The translations under genes and the position numbers were made by a program. This document shows, in pieces, positions 11,305 through 24,221 of a DNA stretch of 64,000 nucleotides. The stretch's first letter is position 1. The number at the start of each line of letters is the position of its first letter. Origin of the DNA: Cetorhinus maximus (taxonomy: Eukaryota); contig NC_135901.1 of assembly GCF_964194155.1 (NCBI RefSeq), positions 30,008,001-30,072,000 of the forward strand. Reading direction: 5' to 3'. The notes beneath the pieces are model-generated. The model saw only the letters and a list, made by a program, of their open reading frames with translations, had not been told where the DNA came from and searched no databases.

Positions 11305-11470
11305 CAGGATCTGTGCGTATGAATACCCCTGCAGCTCAGTAACCGTGTGTACTCAAACCCCAGTATTTCAGGGCCTGTGTGGATGTAAATTCCTTTAGTT
11401 CAGGGTCTGTGTGTGCGCAATCCTCTTTAGTTCATGGTCTGTGTGTACAGAAACCCCTTTAGTTCAGGGT
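11305..11470 (+). repeat. ~31-bp degenerate minisatellite, about 5 copies
   Basis: Unit approximately CCCCTTTAGTTCAGGGTCTGTGTGTACAGAAA. Confidence 0.75.
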
Positions 11471-11479
11471 TGGAGAGGA

Positions 11480-11583
11480 GCGCCGGCTTCGTGTGAATGA
11501 AGATTGAGCTTCACACAGACCAAAACTTCCACAAAAGCTGATAAAGTACATATATTTTATCCTGGATAGTAAATAGTGATTTT
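11480..11583 (+). pseudogene. Collapsed ZNF locus: Y-arm exon 1 joined directly to distal 3' UTR
   Basis: GTGTGAATGAAGATTGAGCTTCACACAGAC (as at 7117) followed by CAAAAGCTGAT..TTTTATCCTGGATAGTAAATAGTG (as at 9400-9445). Confidence 0.7.
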
Positions 11584-11584
11584 T

Positions 11585-11750
11585 CGGAGGATGAGGTGCT
11601 GTTCGTCCAGCTTGTGTTGGGCTTCTCGGGAACATTGCAGCAGGCCGAGGACAGAAATGTGAGCATGAGAGCAAGGTGGTGAACTATAATGGCAGCAACT
11701 GGAAGGTCAGGGTCATGCTTGTGGACTGAGCGGAGGTGTTCCACAAAGTG
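11585..11750 (-). mobile_element. Penelope-like GIY-YIG C-terminal fragment
   Basis: EHLRSVHKHDPDLPVA on the minus strand, matching 16010-16170. Confidence 0.7.
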
Positions 11751-11764
11751 GGCAGCAACCAGGG

Positions 11765-12230
11765 GACAGATGAATTAAAGAGAAACCATTTGTGTCCAGA
11801 ACATTGTGCACATCCTTTTACTCTGGTTGTCTTTGATCCTCAAGTAATTTTCTGTTTTCTTTTAATCATGTTCTATTAATCAACTTAGTGTAAATGTTTG
11901 ATTTTTCTGGACTTTTCAGGATTAGATTTCTGCACTTTAGGGAAAGTGGGTGAGTGGGGTTGGCAGGCTCTTTAACAGAAATTGAGTCCCTCTAAGGTAA
12001 TTTGCAAAGGAGCCAGAGGGGAGATGAGATTTTATTTTTTGACACAGCAAGTTGTTCTGATCATCCTGAAAGCAGATTCAGTCATATCTTTCCAAAGGGT
12101 AAATACTGGAAAAGGAACAATTTGCAGGGCTGTGGGGAAAAAGCAGAGCAGTTGGATGAATCAGAGTCCCTTCAAAGAGATGGCAGGGGCACGATGGGCC
12201 GAATGGACTCCTTCTGCAGCCTGTGAACCT
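11765..12230 (+). repeat. Locally duplicated segment of unknown origin
   Basis: Homologous to ~37760-38190 (minus) and ~58240-58515 (plus). Confidence 0.8.
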
Positions 12231-12499
12231 GAGGCTCCTGCTTTTGTGCAGGTTAAAAGGGACAGATTTCATTTCAGCCTCTTCCCTGTTTGTATATTTA
12301 AAGAGACTGATTTCTGTTCAGCTCTGAGTGACCGTTATAACAATGTCTCCACTCCTCTCTATATTTAAACATGGAACAAAGCCTTGCATGGCCGATTATT
12401 GTCAACAGCCTTCCTGTAGCTCTCTCTGGACGCAGGAAGAAAGTGTTTGACTGCTTAACAATAGCGGTGTCCCCTAAAAATAATTCAAACACCACAACA

Positions 12500-13060
12500 G
12501 AAACAACCTGCATTTATATAGCACTTTTAAATATCCCAGGGAGCTTCACAGGAGCGAGTATCAAACCAAATCTGACACCGAGCCACTTAGAGATATTAGC
12601 TCAGATCAATAGTAGCTTGGTTAAAGAGGTAGGTTTTAAGGAGTGTACTAAAAGAGCAAAAAAGATTGAGGGGCAGAGAGGTTTAGGGAGGGAATTCCAG
12701 ATCGTGGGGCCCAGGCAGCTGAAGACACGGCCCCCAGTGGTTGTGCAATTGAAACTGGGGATACTGAAGAGGCCAGAATTAGTGGAGCACAGATATCTCG
12801 GAGGGTTGTAGGGATGGAGAAGATTACAGAGATGGGGAGAGTGTGTGAGACCAAGTGGTGATTTGAAAAAAGGGAGGCTGTGGAGGGATTTGAATTTAGC
12901 TCAGTCAAAATCCCATTCACTTTCACAGAGGTAAAATTGGGCCCAAGGAGGAGAATTTTAAAATTGAGGCATTGCTTGAGTGGGAGCCAATGTCGGTCAG
13001 TGAGCACAGGGGGTGATAGATGAACAGGACTGAGTGTGAGTTGGGTGACGGGCAGCACAG
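12500..13060 (-). mobile_element. L2-type LINE 3' fragment
   Basis: HWLPLKQCLNFKILLL and GAVSSAAWAP..WNSLP-like motifs with tail GCTATATAAATGCAGGTT. Confidence 0.65.
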
Positions 13061-13559
13061 TTTCTCTATTGAAGAAAACTGGTCCAGTTCTGTACATTTC
13101 CCATCACACCGCTTATGTCTAAGGTCAAGCTGACATCATCATATTCCATTGGGATTGCGCAATCCACGGATGTCGTCACATTCTATTGTGATTATGTCAT
13201 AAGATGAAATCAGCATGTTTGTGATTCCATCATCAGCTGACACCAGACTATAGACTTCATTGGGAGTGTGGGATTAGCTGATGGCTGCACATTGCTTTAT
13301 CATTGTGCAGTGAGCAGAAACGATCGTTTGTATGAGTTTTTATACAGAATTTTTAACAACATGTATAGAATTGATCTTTGGATCTGAAAAATGATCCAGA
13401 TAGAGAACATTTACCACTAAAATTAAAAATTTGCTAGTGCAAATGTATGTGACTCTTTTGATGACAGTTTGTTATCATTGTTTATAATAAATTGTCGGTG
13501 AGGAAACAAATCATTATTTCACACAATCTCCCAACGCTAACAAGTACTTTTAAAACACA

Positions 13560-13780
13560 CAAAAAAGAGACATGTTGTTGAGGTTTTCTGTCTTGCATTC
13601 ATCAGGCCAGAGCCAAGAATACAAATGTCAGAGGGAACAGCAACTTACATTGACTGAGAAACAGGGTGTTGATTGGTTGGCACATGGACTCTGATTGGTT
13701 GAGGGGTTGCCATGGGGAATGCACCAGGGAACAATTGTCCCCCAAGCTTTTGTTTAATTGAAAAGGTGAAATGCCTGGAC
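13560..13780 (-). mobile_element. Penelope-like terminal fragment, same family as 859-1095
   Basis: Shared GATTGGTTGGCA..TGGACTCTGAT and TTGCA(T/C)TCATCAGG motifs. Confidence 0.55.
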
Positions 13781-14921
13781 AAATTCCATTTGCCTTCAGG
13801 GGACCGGGCTCTGCGTACGAATACAAAAGCATCCAGGATCTGGATCTGGTCAGCATCTTCACCAAATGTCATAATTTCTTCCTTGGGCCTTAACATATCC
13901 AAATCCATCCATTAGTTTTTGAGACGTATTACAGACAGACAAACAGGGATGAAAGCATGCTTTGTATCTGCAAAGCAGAAAAAATAAACACATTTATTAA
14001 CAGAACCAATCTCCAGATCCAACAACCTGATCTGAAAACTCTGCTCACGTTTTGACAACTGTGACACATTCCACCCCAGCAGCGGAGACAACCCACAACA
14101 TTCAAAAACAATCAACATTCAAAATAAAGCAAACTCCAAAAATCTGAAAGAAAAAAGTCAATCTCCCAATGGGAACAGATCCCTTCAAAAAATCCAAGAT
14201 TCAGATCATCGCCAAAAACAAATCAGTTCTTCCATGAGCCATATCCTGTTGATGTACTGAGTTTTGTAAAAATCCGTTCGTTAGTTTGGGAGATAAATTG
14301 TTTACAAACAGAATAACAGGGATGTAAACATTAACTGCCCATCTTCAGTGGCAGATACTTTCAGTACACTGAGCAGCCCCGATGTCTATTCTCAGCCAGC
14401 ATTACACAGGGGAAAAAGGGCTGGATTCTCAGACCAGCAAGTCAAGGCTCTCTCCTTAAATGGTCACTTCCCACAATGGGTTCAGTGGCCTCTGAAGGGC
14501 AGCAGCCTCGGTCCACACTGGGAGTTCCTGCCCCGCAGTCAGCTGGCTCATGCTCCTGCTGGACGATCTACCTGTGAGGATAGGAGCATGTGAGTTTAAA
14601 AAGAAACCTGCATTTATGTAGCGCCTTTCACCACCTCGGGGCATCTCAATGTGTTTCACTACCACTGAAGCTCTTTCTAAGTGTTGTCACTGCAGGAAAC
14701 GTAGAACCCAATTTGTGCACAGCAAGATCCCACAGACAGCAATGTGATGATGACCAGATCATCTATTTTTCCCGATATTGTTTGAGGGATAAATATCAGG
14801 CCCCAGGACATTGGGGGCAGGGCGGGGTGAGGGTGAACTACTCCCACTCCTGCTCTCCTTCCAATTATGACCATTCAGTCTTGTACATCCACCTGAGGGC
14901 AGATAGTGCCCTCGGGTTAGA

Positions 14922-17900
14922 CCATAAGACATAGCAGCAGAAATCAGGCCATTCGGCCCATCGAGCCTGCTCCGCCATTCAATCATGGCTGATAAGTTTC
15001 TCAACCCCATTCTCCCATCTTCTCCCCGTAACCTTTGATCCCCTTACCAATCAAGAACCTTTCTGTCTCAGTCTTAAATACACTCAATGACCTGGCCTCC
15101 ACAGCCTTCTGTGGCAATGAATTCCATAGATTCACCACTCTCTGGCTAAAGAAGTTTCTCCTCATCTCTGTTCTAAAAGATCTTCCCTTTACTCTGAGGC
15201 TGTGCCCTCGGGTCCTAGTTTCTCCTACTAATGGAAACATCTTCCACACGTCCACTCTATCCAGGCCTTTCAGTATTCTGTAAGTTTCAATCAGATCCCC
15301 CCTCATCCTTCTAAACTCCATAGAGTATAGACCCACAGTCCTCAAACGTTCCTCATATATTAAGCCTTTCATTCCTGGGATCATTCTCGTGAACCTCCTC
15401 TGGACCCTCTCCAGAGCCAGCACATCCTTCCTGATAAAAGCAAAGAACTGCGGATACTGGAAATCCAAAACAGAAACAAAAATACCTGGAAAAACTCAGC
15501 AGGTCTGGCAGCATCGGTGGAGAGGAGCACAGTTGACGTTTTGAGTCTGTATGACTCTTCAACAGAACTAATTAAAAATAGAGAAGGGGTGAAATTTAAG
15601 GTGGGGGGGAGGTGTTGGGACAAGAAGAGCTAGGTAGAGGGCCAGTGATAGGTGGAGATAACCAAAAGATGTCACAGACAAAAGGACAAAGAGGTGTTGA
15701 AGGTGGTGATATTATCTAAAGGAATGTGCTAATTAAGGGTAGAAAGCAGGACAAGCAAGGTACAGATAGCCCTAGTGGGGGTGGGGTGAAGGAATCAAAA
15801 AAGGCTAAAAGGTAGAGATAAAACAATGGATGGAAATACATTTAAAAATAATGGAAGTAGGTGGGAAAAGAAAAATCTGTATAAATTATTGGAAAATACA
15901 AAAAGGAGGGCGAAAATCGGAAAGGGGGTGGGGATGGAGGAGGGAGTTCATGATCTAAACTTGTTGAGCTCAACATTCAGTCCAGAAGGCTGAAAAGTGC
16001 CTAGTCGGAAGATGAGGTGCTGTTCCTCCAGTTTGTGTTGAGCTTCACTGGAACAATGCAGCAAGCCAAGGATGGACATGTGGGCATGAGAGCAGGATGG
16101 AGTTTTGAAACGGCAAGTGACAGGGAGGTCTGGATAATGCTTGCGGACAGACCGAAGGTGTTCTGCAAAGCGGTCACCCAGTCTGCGTTTGGTCTCTCCA
16201 ATGTAGAGGAAATTGGGAGCAACGAATGCAGTAGACTAAGTTAAGGGAAGTGCAAGTGAAATGCTGCTTCACTTGAAATGAGTGTTTGGGCCCTTGGACG
16301 GTGAGGAGAGGGGAAGTTGCATCTTCTGCGGTTGCATGGGAAGGTGACGTGGGAGGGGGTTGAGGTGTAGGGGGGGATGGAGGAGTGGACCAGGGTGTCA
16401 CGGAGGGAACAATCCCTACGGAATGCCGCCGGGGAGGTGAAGGGAAGATGTGTTTGGTGGTGGCATCATGCTGGAGTTGGTGGAAATGGCGGAGGATGAT
16501 CCTTTGAATGAGGAGGCTGGTGGGGTGATAAGTGAGGACAAGGGGGACCCTATCATGTTTCTGGAAGGAGAAGGTGTGAGGGCGGATGCGCGGGAGATAG
16601 GCCGGACACGGTTGAGGGTCCTGTCAACCACCGTGGGTGGAAAACCTCGGTTAAGGAAGAAGGAGGACATGTCAGAGGAACTGTTGTTGAAAGTGGCATA
16701 ATCAGAACAGATGCGACGGAGGTGAAGGAACCGAGAGAATGGGATGGAGTCCTTACAGGAAGTGGGGTGTGAGGAGCTGTAGTCAAGGTAGCTCAACATC
16801 CTTCCTGAGACACGGGGCCCAAAACTGCTCACAATATTCTAAATGTGTTCTGACCAGAGCCTTATAAAGCCTCAGCAGCACATCCCTGCTTTTATATTCT
16901 AGTCCTCTTGAAATAAATGCCAACATTGCATTTGCCTTCCTAACTACCGACTCAACCTGCAAGTTAACCTTAAGAGAATCTTGGACTGGGACTCCCAAGT
17001 CCCTTTGCACTCCAGATTTCTGAATTCTCTCCCCATTTAGAAAATAGTCTATGCCTCTATTCTTCCTACCAAAGTGCATGACCTCACACTTCCCCATGTT
17101 GTATTCCATCTGCCACTTCTTTGCCCATTCTCCTAACCTGTCCAAATCCTTCTGCAGCTTCCCTGCCTCCTCAATACGACCTGTCCCTCCACCTATCTTT
17201 GTATCATCTGCAAACTTAGCCAGGATGCCCTCAGTTCCTTCATCTAGATCATTAATGTATAAAGTGAAAAGTTGTGGTCCCAACACTGACCCCTGCGGAA
17301 CTCCACTAGTCACCGGCCGCCATCCTGAGAAGGACCCCCTTATCCCCACTCTCTGCCTCCTGCCAGACAGCCAATCTTCTATCTATGCTAGTACCTTACC
17401 TCTAACACCATGGGCTCTTATCTTACTGAGCAGCCTCCTGTGCGGCACCTTGTCAAAGGCCTTCTGGAAGTCCAAGTAGATAACATCCATTGGCTTTCCT
17501 TTGTCTAACCTACTCGTTACCTCCTGAAAGAATTCTAACAAATTTGTCAGGCATGACCTCCCCTTGATGAAGCCATGCTAACTTTGTCCTATTTTACCAT
17601 GCACTTACAAGTATTCTGAAATCTCATCCTTAATAATGGACTCTAAAATCTTACCAACGACCGAGGTCAAGCTAATCTGCCTGTAATTTCCCGTCTTTTG
17701 CCTCACTCCCTTCTTAAACAGGGGGGTTACATTAGCGATTTTCCTGTCCTCTGGGACCCTCCCTGACTCCAGTGATTCCTGAAAGATCACCACTAGCGCC
17801 TCCACTATCTCTTCAGCTATCTGCTTCAGAACTCTGGGGTGTAATCCATCTGGTCCAGGTTATTTATCCACCTTCAGATCTTTCAGTTTTCCTAGCACCT

Positions 17901-19400
17901 TCTTCTTGGTAATGGCCACCATACTCACCTCTGCCCCCCCGACTCTCTTGAACTTCGGGGATGTTACTCGTGTCTTCCACAATGAAGACTGATGCAAAGT
18001 ACCTATTCAGTTCCTCCGCCATTTCTTTGTTCCCCACTACTACTTCTCTAGCGTCATTTTCCAGCAGTCCAATGTCCACTTTTGCCTCTCTCTTACTCTT
18101 TATATATCTAAAAAAAACTCTTGCAATCTTCTTTTATATTATTGGCTAGTTTACCCTCATATTTAATCCTCTCCCTCCTTATTTCTTTTTTAGTTGTCCT
18201 CTGTTGGTCCTTGTAGGCTTCCCAATCCCCTGATTTCCCACTGATCTTCACCGCATTGTATGCTTTCTCTTTAGCTTTTATGCTGTCCCTGACTTCCCTT
18301 GTCAGCCATGGTTGCCGCGTCCTCCCTTTAGTATGCTTCTTCTTCCTAGGGATGAATTTTTGCTTTGTCTTCCAAATTACTCCCAGAAACTCCTGCCATT
18401 GCTGTTCCACTGTCTTTCCTGCTAGGCTCATCTCCCAGTCAATTCTGGCCAGCTCCTCCATCATGCCTCTGTAGTTGCCTTTATTCAACTGTAATACCGT
18501 TACATCTGATTCCAGCTTTTTCCTCTCAAATTGCAGGGTAAATTCTATCATAATATGGTCACTTCCTCCTAAGGGTTCCTTCACCTTAAGCTCCCTTATC
18601 AAATCTGCCTCATTACACATCACTAAATCTAGAATTGTCCGTTCCCTAGTGGGTTCCACCACAAGCTGCTCCAAAAAGCCATCTCGAAGACTTTCCACAA
18701 ATTCCTTTTCTTGGGATTCACTACCAACCTGATTTTCCCAGTCTACCTGCATATTGAAATCCCCCATAATCACTGTAACCATGCCTTTCTTACACGCCTT
18801 TTCTATCTCCTGGTGTATCTTGTGCCCCACATCCTGACTACTGTTCAGAGGCCTGTACATAACTCCCATTATGGTTTTTTCACCTTTGCAATTCCTCAAC
18901 TCTACCCACATAGATTCTACATCTGACCCTACGTCGTTTCTTGCTATCGATTTAATTTCATTTCTTACTAACAATGCAACCCCATCCCCTCTGCCAACCT
19001 GCCTATCTTTTCAATAGGATGTATATCCTTGGATATTTAGCTCCCAGTCCTGATCCCTTTGCAGCCATGTCTTCGCGATGTCCACCACATCATGCCTGCC
19101 AATTTCAATCTGCACCACAAGCTCATTTACCTTATTTTGTATACTGTGTGCATTCAGATACAACACCTTCAGTCCTGTATTTCCCGTCCCCTTTCTCATT
19201 GTCGTCCCTTTACCTGATGTGCTTGAAGTTAGATTCCTAGCCCTTTCCAAACACTCTGTTCCATTTTGTGCTCTGGAGAATTTAATAGCCTCTCCTGGGC
19301 TCTCTTTTCTTTTCAGTTTTTTCATAATTTTCCATGAAGTTGAATCCACGCCCCCACAGGCTAACCTGCTGCTTTGTTTCCCATTTGTCATACTTCTTGG
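14922..19400 (-). mobile_element. CR1 LINE with near-complete ORF2 (APE endonuclease and RT), frameshifted and split by a Penelope-like insertion
   Basis: LYLNAHSIQNK, IMGDFNM, GGSDH, DFQKAFDKVPH, GVPQGSVLGPQLF, FADDTK, RNFFSQRVVNLWNSLP; 3' microsatellite tail near 14922. Confidence 0.95.
15435..16795 (-). mobile_element. 5'-truncated Penelope-like retroelement (RT thumb and GIY-YIG endonuclease), degenerate
   Basis: YLDYSSSHP..KDSIPFSRFLHLRRICS, NLVYCIRCS..IGETKRRLGDRFAEH; 13-bp TSD acatccttcctga at 15422-15434 and 16796-16808. Confidence 0.9.
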
Positions 19401-19439
19401 AGTTTTACCCTTCCCTTCCCCCCAACTTTCTCACTCGAA

Positions 19440-19590
19440 TGTCTCACTCGAAAGACGGTCCCTCTGACAGGACGGCTCTTCCTCAGTATTGGCACAGGGA
19501 GTGTGGGCCCTGGATTATGGGGGCTCGAGTCTCTGGAGTGGGGATTGGAACCCCCCACCTCCTGACTCAGAGGCGAGAGTGCTACCCACC
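19440..19590 (-). mobile_element. tRNA-derived SINE head
   Basis: Reverse strand GGTGGGTAGCACTCTCGCCTCTGAGTCAGGAGG..GGTTCCAATCCCCACTCCAGAGAC; similar heads at ~4915-4990, 59560-59620 and 60470-60550. Confidence 0.65.
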
Positions 19591-19629
19591 GTCATGCCGT
19601 GTTGAATAGAATCCGCCAGCTGGTGTTCT

Positions 19630-20450
19630 AGAATCATGGAATGGTTACAACACTGAAGGAGGCCATTCAGCCCATTGTGTCTGTGCCAGCTCTCTGCAAG
19701 AGCAACTCACCAGGAGCCAACCCCCCCGCCTTTTCCCCATAAGCCTGCCAATTTCTCCTCTTCAGATAATTATCCAGTTCTCTGTGGAAAACCATAAATG
19801 AATCTGCCTCCAGGTCCTTTCATCCCTGGTATCACTCTTGTAAATCTCCTCTGCACCCCCTCAAAGAACTTCACATCTTTCCTAAAGTGTGGGGCACAGA
19901 TATAGGGTTCCATTCTAGAAGGATAGAATTGAAAAGCAGGGAGGTTATGTTCAACTTGTTTCAAACCATGGTTAGACTACACTGGGAGTACTGCCAACAT
20001 CTGTGATCTCCATTTAGAAAAAGGAAATAGAGGCACTGGAGAAGGGGCAACAAAGATTCACAGGAATAATACCAGAACTGAGAGCATTTGACCCTCAGGA
20101 AAGGCTGGGGCTGCTTTTCTCTAGAAAAGAGAAGACTGAAATGTGACCTGATGGAAGTCTTTAAGATGATGAAGGGGTTCAATAATCCAATAGGGATTTC
20201 ATGAGAAACCTCTTTACCCAGCGAGTGGTGAGAATGTGGAACTCGCTACCACAGCGAGTGGTTGAGGTGAATCGCATGAATACATTTAAGGGGAAGCTAG
20301 ATACATACATGAAGGAGAAAGGAACAGAAGGATATGCTGATGGGGGGGAGATGAAGAGAGGTTGGTGGAGGCTCATGTGAAGCATAAATACTGATAGAGA
20401 TCAATTGAGCCGACTGGCCTGGCCCTGTGCTGTAGACTCAATGGAACAGA
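19630..20450. mobile_element. Composite of inverted CR1 3' fragments, duplicated with the ZNF 3' flank
   Basis: Minus and plus CR1 pieces join near 19900-19915; the same junction recurs at ~38740 and, inverted, at ~37200. Confidence 0.7.
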
Positions 20451-20733
20451 GACAAATGAATTTATTTTAGATCTACCTGTAGTGGTAGGAAAAAGACTCT
20501 TTACCATCCAGGATAAAATAAATGTACTTCTTCAACTTTTGTGGACCATTTCAGTGGAAATGTGCATTCCCAGGCTCAAAGAGCTTCAGCCCATTGAAAT
20601 CAAAGTCATGAGACCGGCCAGTCCGAAGAAAGAAACCCTCCGACCCTCCCACGTCACCAACTGTCAGAATGAACATGGTTCAGTCCTGGATGCGATTAAC
20701 AGCAGCAATAACAGCAGAATCCAACCCCTGTAA

Positions 20734-21730
20734 TCAATTGTGAACTCGCTGTTGTCTCAGCAGGTGGGATGACCGAGTAAATCCCTTCCCACACACGGAG
20801 CAGGTGAACGGCCTCTCCCCGGTGTGAACTTGCTGGTGACTCCACAGTTTGGACGATGTTCTAAATCTCTTTGCACAGTGAGAGCAGCTGAACAGTCTCT
20901 CAGTGTGAATGCGCTGGTGGGCCATCAGTACCTGAGAGCTTTTGAAACCACTCCCACAGTCAGAGCATTTAAAAGGTCTCTCATTTGTGTGAGTGACATG
21001 GTGTGTCAGCAGGCTGGATGACTGAGTGAATCCCTTCCAACACACAGAGCAGGTGAAAGGTCTCTCCCCACTGCGAACTCGCTGGTGCCTCTGCAGGTGG
21101 GATAACTGAGTGAATCCCTTCCCACACTCAGAGCAGGTGAACGGCTTCTCCCTGGTGTGATCTCGCTGGTGAGTCCGCAGGGAGGTTGACTGAATGAATC
21201 CCTTCCCACACTCGGAGCAGGTGAATGGCTTCTCACCCGTGTGAACTCGCTGGTGGATCTGCAGCATGGATAAGTCGGTCACAGTCAGAGCAGGTGAACG
21301 GCCTCTCCCCACTGTGAACTCGCTGGTGCCTCAGCAGGGCAGAAGAATTACTAAGACTCTTCCCACACTCAGAGCAGGGGAATGGCTTCTCCTTTGTGTG
21401 AATTTGCTGGTGCCTCAGCAGGGCAGAAGTATGACTGAATCCCTTACCACGCTCTGAGCAGCTGAATGGTCTATCTCTGGTGTGAACCCGCTGGTGTGTC
21501 TTCAGGTGGGATGAAGCAGTAAATCCCTTCTCACACTCAGAACAGGTGAATGGTTTTTCCCCACTGTGAAATCGCTGGTGCACCAGCAGGTAGGATGACT
21601 GAGAGAATCCCTTCCCACACTCAGAGCAGGTGAACAGCCTCTCCCCAGTGTGACTGCGTCGATGAGTTTCCAGTGCAGATGGGGTCTCGAATCCCTTTCC
21701 ACAGTCCCCACATTTCCACAGTTTCTCCAT
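20734..21730 (-). pseudogene. C2H2 ZNF gene (Z4), about 12 fingers, frameshifted in finger 6; promoter deleted
   Basis: ORFs 21233-21739 and 20734-21312 overlap in different frames; [14 protein letters not shown] start, HQ-type RVHN* end, family 3' UTR follows. Confidence 0.85.
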
Positions 21731-23119
21731 GGTGCACATGTCCTTCTGTCTCTCGAGATTCGATGCTTTTTCAGGCTGTGTAACTAGTTAAAGCTCTTGC
21801 CACAATCAATGCACTGGAACACTCTCACTCTGGTGTGTGTGTCCTGGGTCCTTTCCAGTCCCCTGATGTTTGAAACATTTTGAAGCGACAGAACAGGCAA
21901 AAATTCCTCCTTCTAGATTCAAAGGCTGAGGATATTCATATTATGATGAATTGAGTCATTCTGGCAGTGCTTGACATGATGTTTGGACTTCGGATTTCTG
22001 TCTGCAAATGCTCCCCTTCGAATATCCTGTGAAAGAAGTTCACAAAAGTCATCACTGTCAGTACAGCATAGAAATTCAGAACAGACAAGTCTAGTTTCTA
22101 TGGAACATCCTTTCCTCTCTTGTTCCCTAAAAGCTGTAAATCTCCGTCTCCCACAAACTCTCACTCCATTCTCACTCTGCTGTACCTAATGGACATCCTC
22201 CCAATTCTCCTGAAAGTGCTCATTCATGCTGAGCAACAGATCCATGCTCACGTCTTCTTGTCCAAAGATTTGAGAATCTTTCTATAACTGTATTTACTGA
22301 CAGTAGTGGAAGTGGAGACAATCAATTATTTCAAAATGAAATTGGATGGACATTTGAAGAAAATAAACTTGTAGGGGGACGGGGATATAGAGGGGGAATG
22401 GGACTGCTCTACAGAGTTAGCATGGACTCAAGTTACCGAATAGACTCCTTCTGTGCCTTGATGACTGGAAATATATAATGTAAATACAGTACTATATTAC
22501 AGCACTGGAAATAATAAGTCAACTTTATTTACTTTACAACTTTATTATTAACTCAGGAACTGAAGAGAAAGGAAGTGAATCAAGGGAGGGTGCAGACTCT
22601 GGAAATGTTGGCCCAGGTCTCTCTCTCTCTCTCTCTCTTAAAGACATTGACATCCTTTGCTCCCTCAGCTTTTCACATTTATTTGTCTGGCTAAAAAGAT
22701 GGTCTCTTTCCTAATGTTCACAATTAAAGGGGTGGTTTCCTCAGGAGATGGCTGACATTTAAGGAGACAGTAAATTAATATCGGACAGAGATATTTCTAG
22801 TTTTGTAATATGGTACATATTTAATATAAATTATTTATGGTTCTGTAATAAAATGCATTTATTATTATTTCCAGTCTTGTAATATAGTACTGTAGCTGCC
22901 TTATATATTTTCAGTCACAGAGTCATTATGGCACAGAAGAGGACCATTCAGCAACTCGAGTCCATGCCGAATGTCTGTAGAGCAATCCAGTCAGTCCCAT
23001 TCCCCCTCTATATCCCTTTTCCCCTGCTAGTTTATTCCTTCAAGTGTTCATCCAATTTCATTTCAAAATCATTGATCATCTCTGCATCCCTCGAGGAAGC
23101 GAGTTCCAGGTCAAATCAA

Positions 23120-23900
23120 TCCAAAGTGTGAGGTGTTACATTTTGGAAGGTCAAACCAAGGTAGGACACAGTAAATGGTAGGGTACTGAGGAGTGCGGAG
23201 GAACAAAGGGATCTGGGAGTTCAGATACATAATTCCCCGAAAGTGGCGTCACAGGTAGACAAGGTTGTAAAGAAAGCTTTTGGCATACTGGCCTTCATAA
23301 ATCAAAGTATTGAGTATAGGAGTTGGGATGTTATGGTGGGGTTGTCTAAGACATTGGTGAGGCCAACTTTGGAGTATTGTGTGCAGTTCTGGTCGCCTAA
23401 CTACAGGAAGGATATCAGTAAGATTGAGAGAGTGCAGAGAAGATTTACTAGGATGTTGCCGGGTCTTAAGGAGTTGAGTTACAGGGAAAGATTAAACAGG
23501 TTAGGACTTTATTCCTTGGAGCGTAGAAGAATGAGGGGAGATTTGATAGAAGCTTACAAAATTGTGAGGGGTATAGACAGAGTAAATACGAGTAGGCTCT
23601 TTCCACTTAGATTAGGAGAAATAAACACGAGAGGACATGGCTTTAGGGTGAAAGGGGAAAGGTTTAGGGGGAACGTCTTCACTCAGAGAGTGGTGAGAGT
23701 GTGGAACGAGCTACCATCTGACGTGGTAAATGCGGGCTCACTCTTAAATTTTAAGAATAAATTAGATAGATACATGGATGGGAGAGGTCTGGAGGGTTAT
23801 GGACTAGGTGCAGGTCAATGGGACTAGCGTAATAATATTTCGGCACAGACTAGAAGGGCCGAAAGGCCTGTTTTCTGTGCTGTAGTGTTCTATGATTCTA
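23120..23900 (+). mobile_element. 5'-truncated CR1 LINE
   Basis: LVRPTLEYCVQFWSP, RRRMRGDLIE, RVVRVWNELP; tail TTCTATGATTCTAT. Confidence 0.9.
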
Positions 23901-24221
23901 TCGTTGAAATGAATTTCATTCATCCAGTCCAATTTCATTTTGAAACTATTGATCATCTCGGAGTGAGTTGCCAAATGTCTCTGTCTGGGACAAGAAGCAG
24001 TGAGCTTGGATCGGTCGATGAATATGAATCGGCACCTTCAGGAGAATTGGGAGGGTGTATATTGAGTATAGCAGAGTGAGAATGGAGGGACAGTGTGTAG
24101 GACGGAGATTTACAGCTTTTTGGGAATGAGAGAGGAAAGCATGTATCGTAGAAACTGGAATTGTCTGTTCTGAATTTCTATCCTGTGCTGACTGTAATGA
24201 CTTTTGTAAACTCCCTTTACA

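Noticed and set aside
15001-15468. ORF joining MDFQYPQFFAF to a CR1 C-terminus
   Set aside because: Reads across the Penelope/CR1 insertion junction
19500-19590. tRNA-like A/B box sequences (also ~4915 and ~59560)
   Set aside because: SINE heads without a complete cloverleaf
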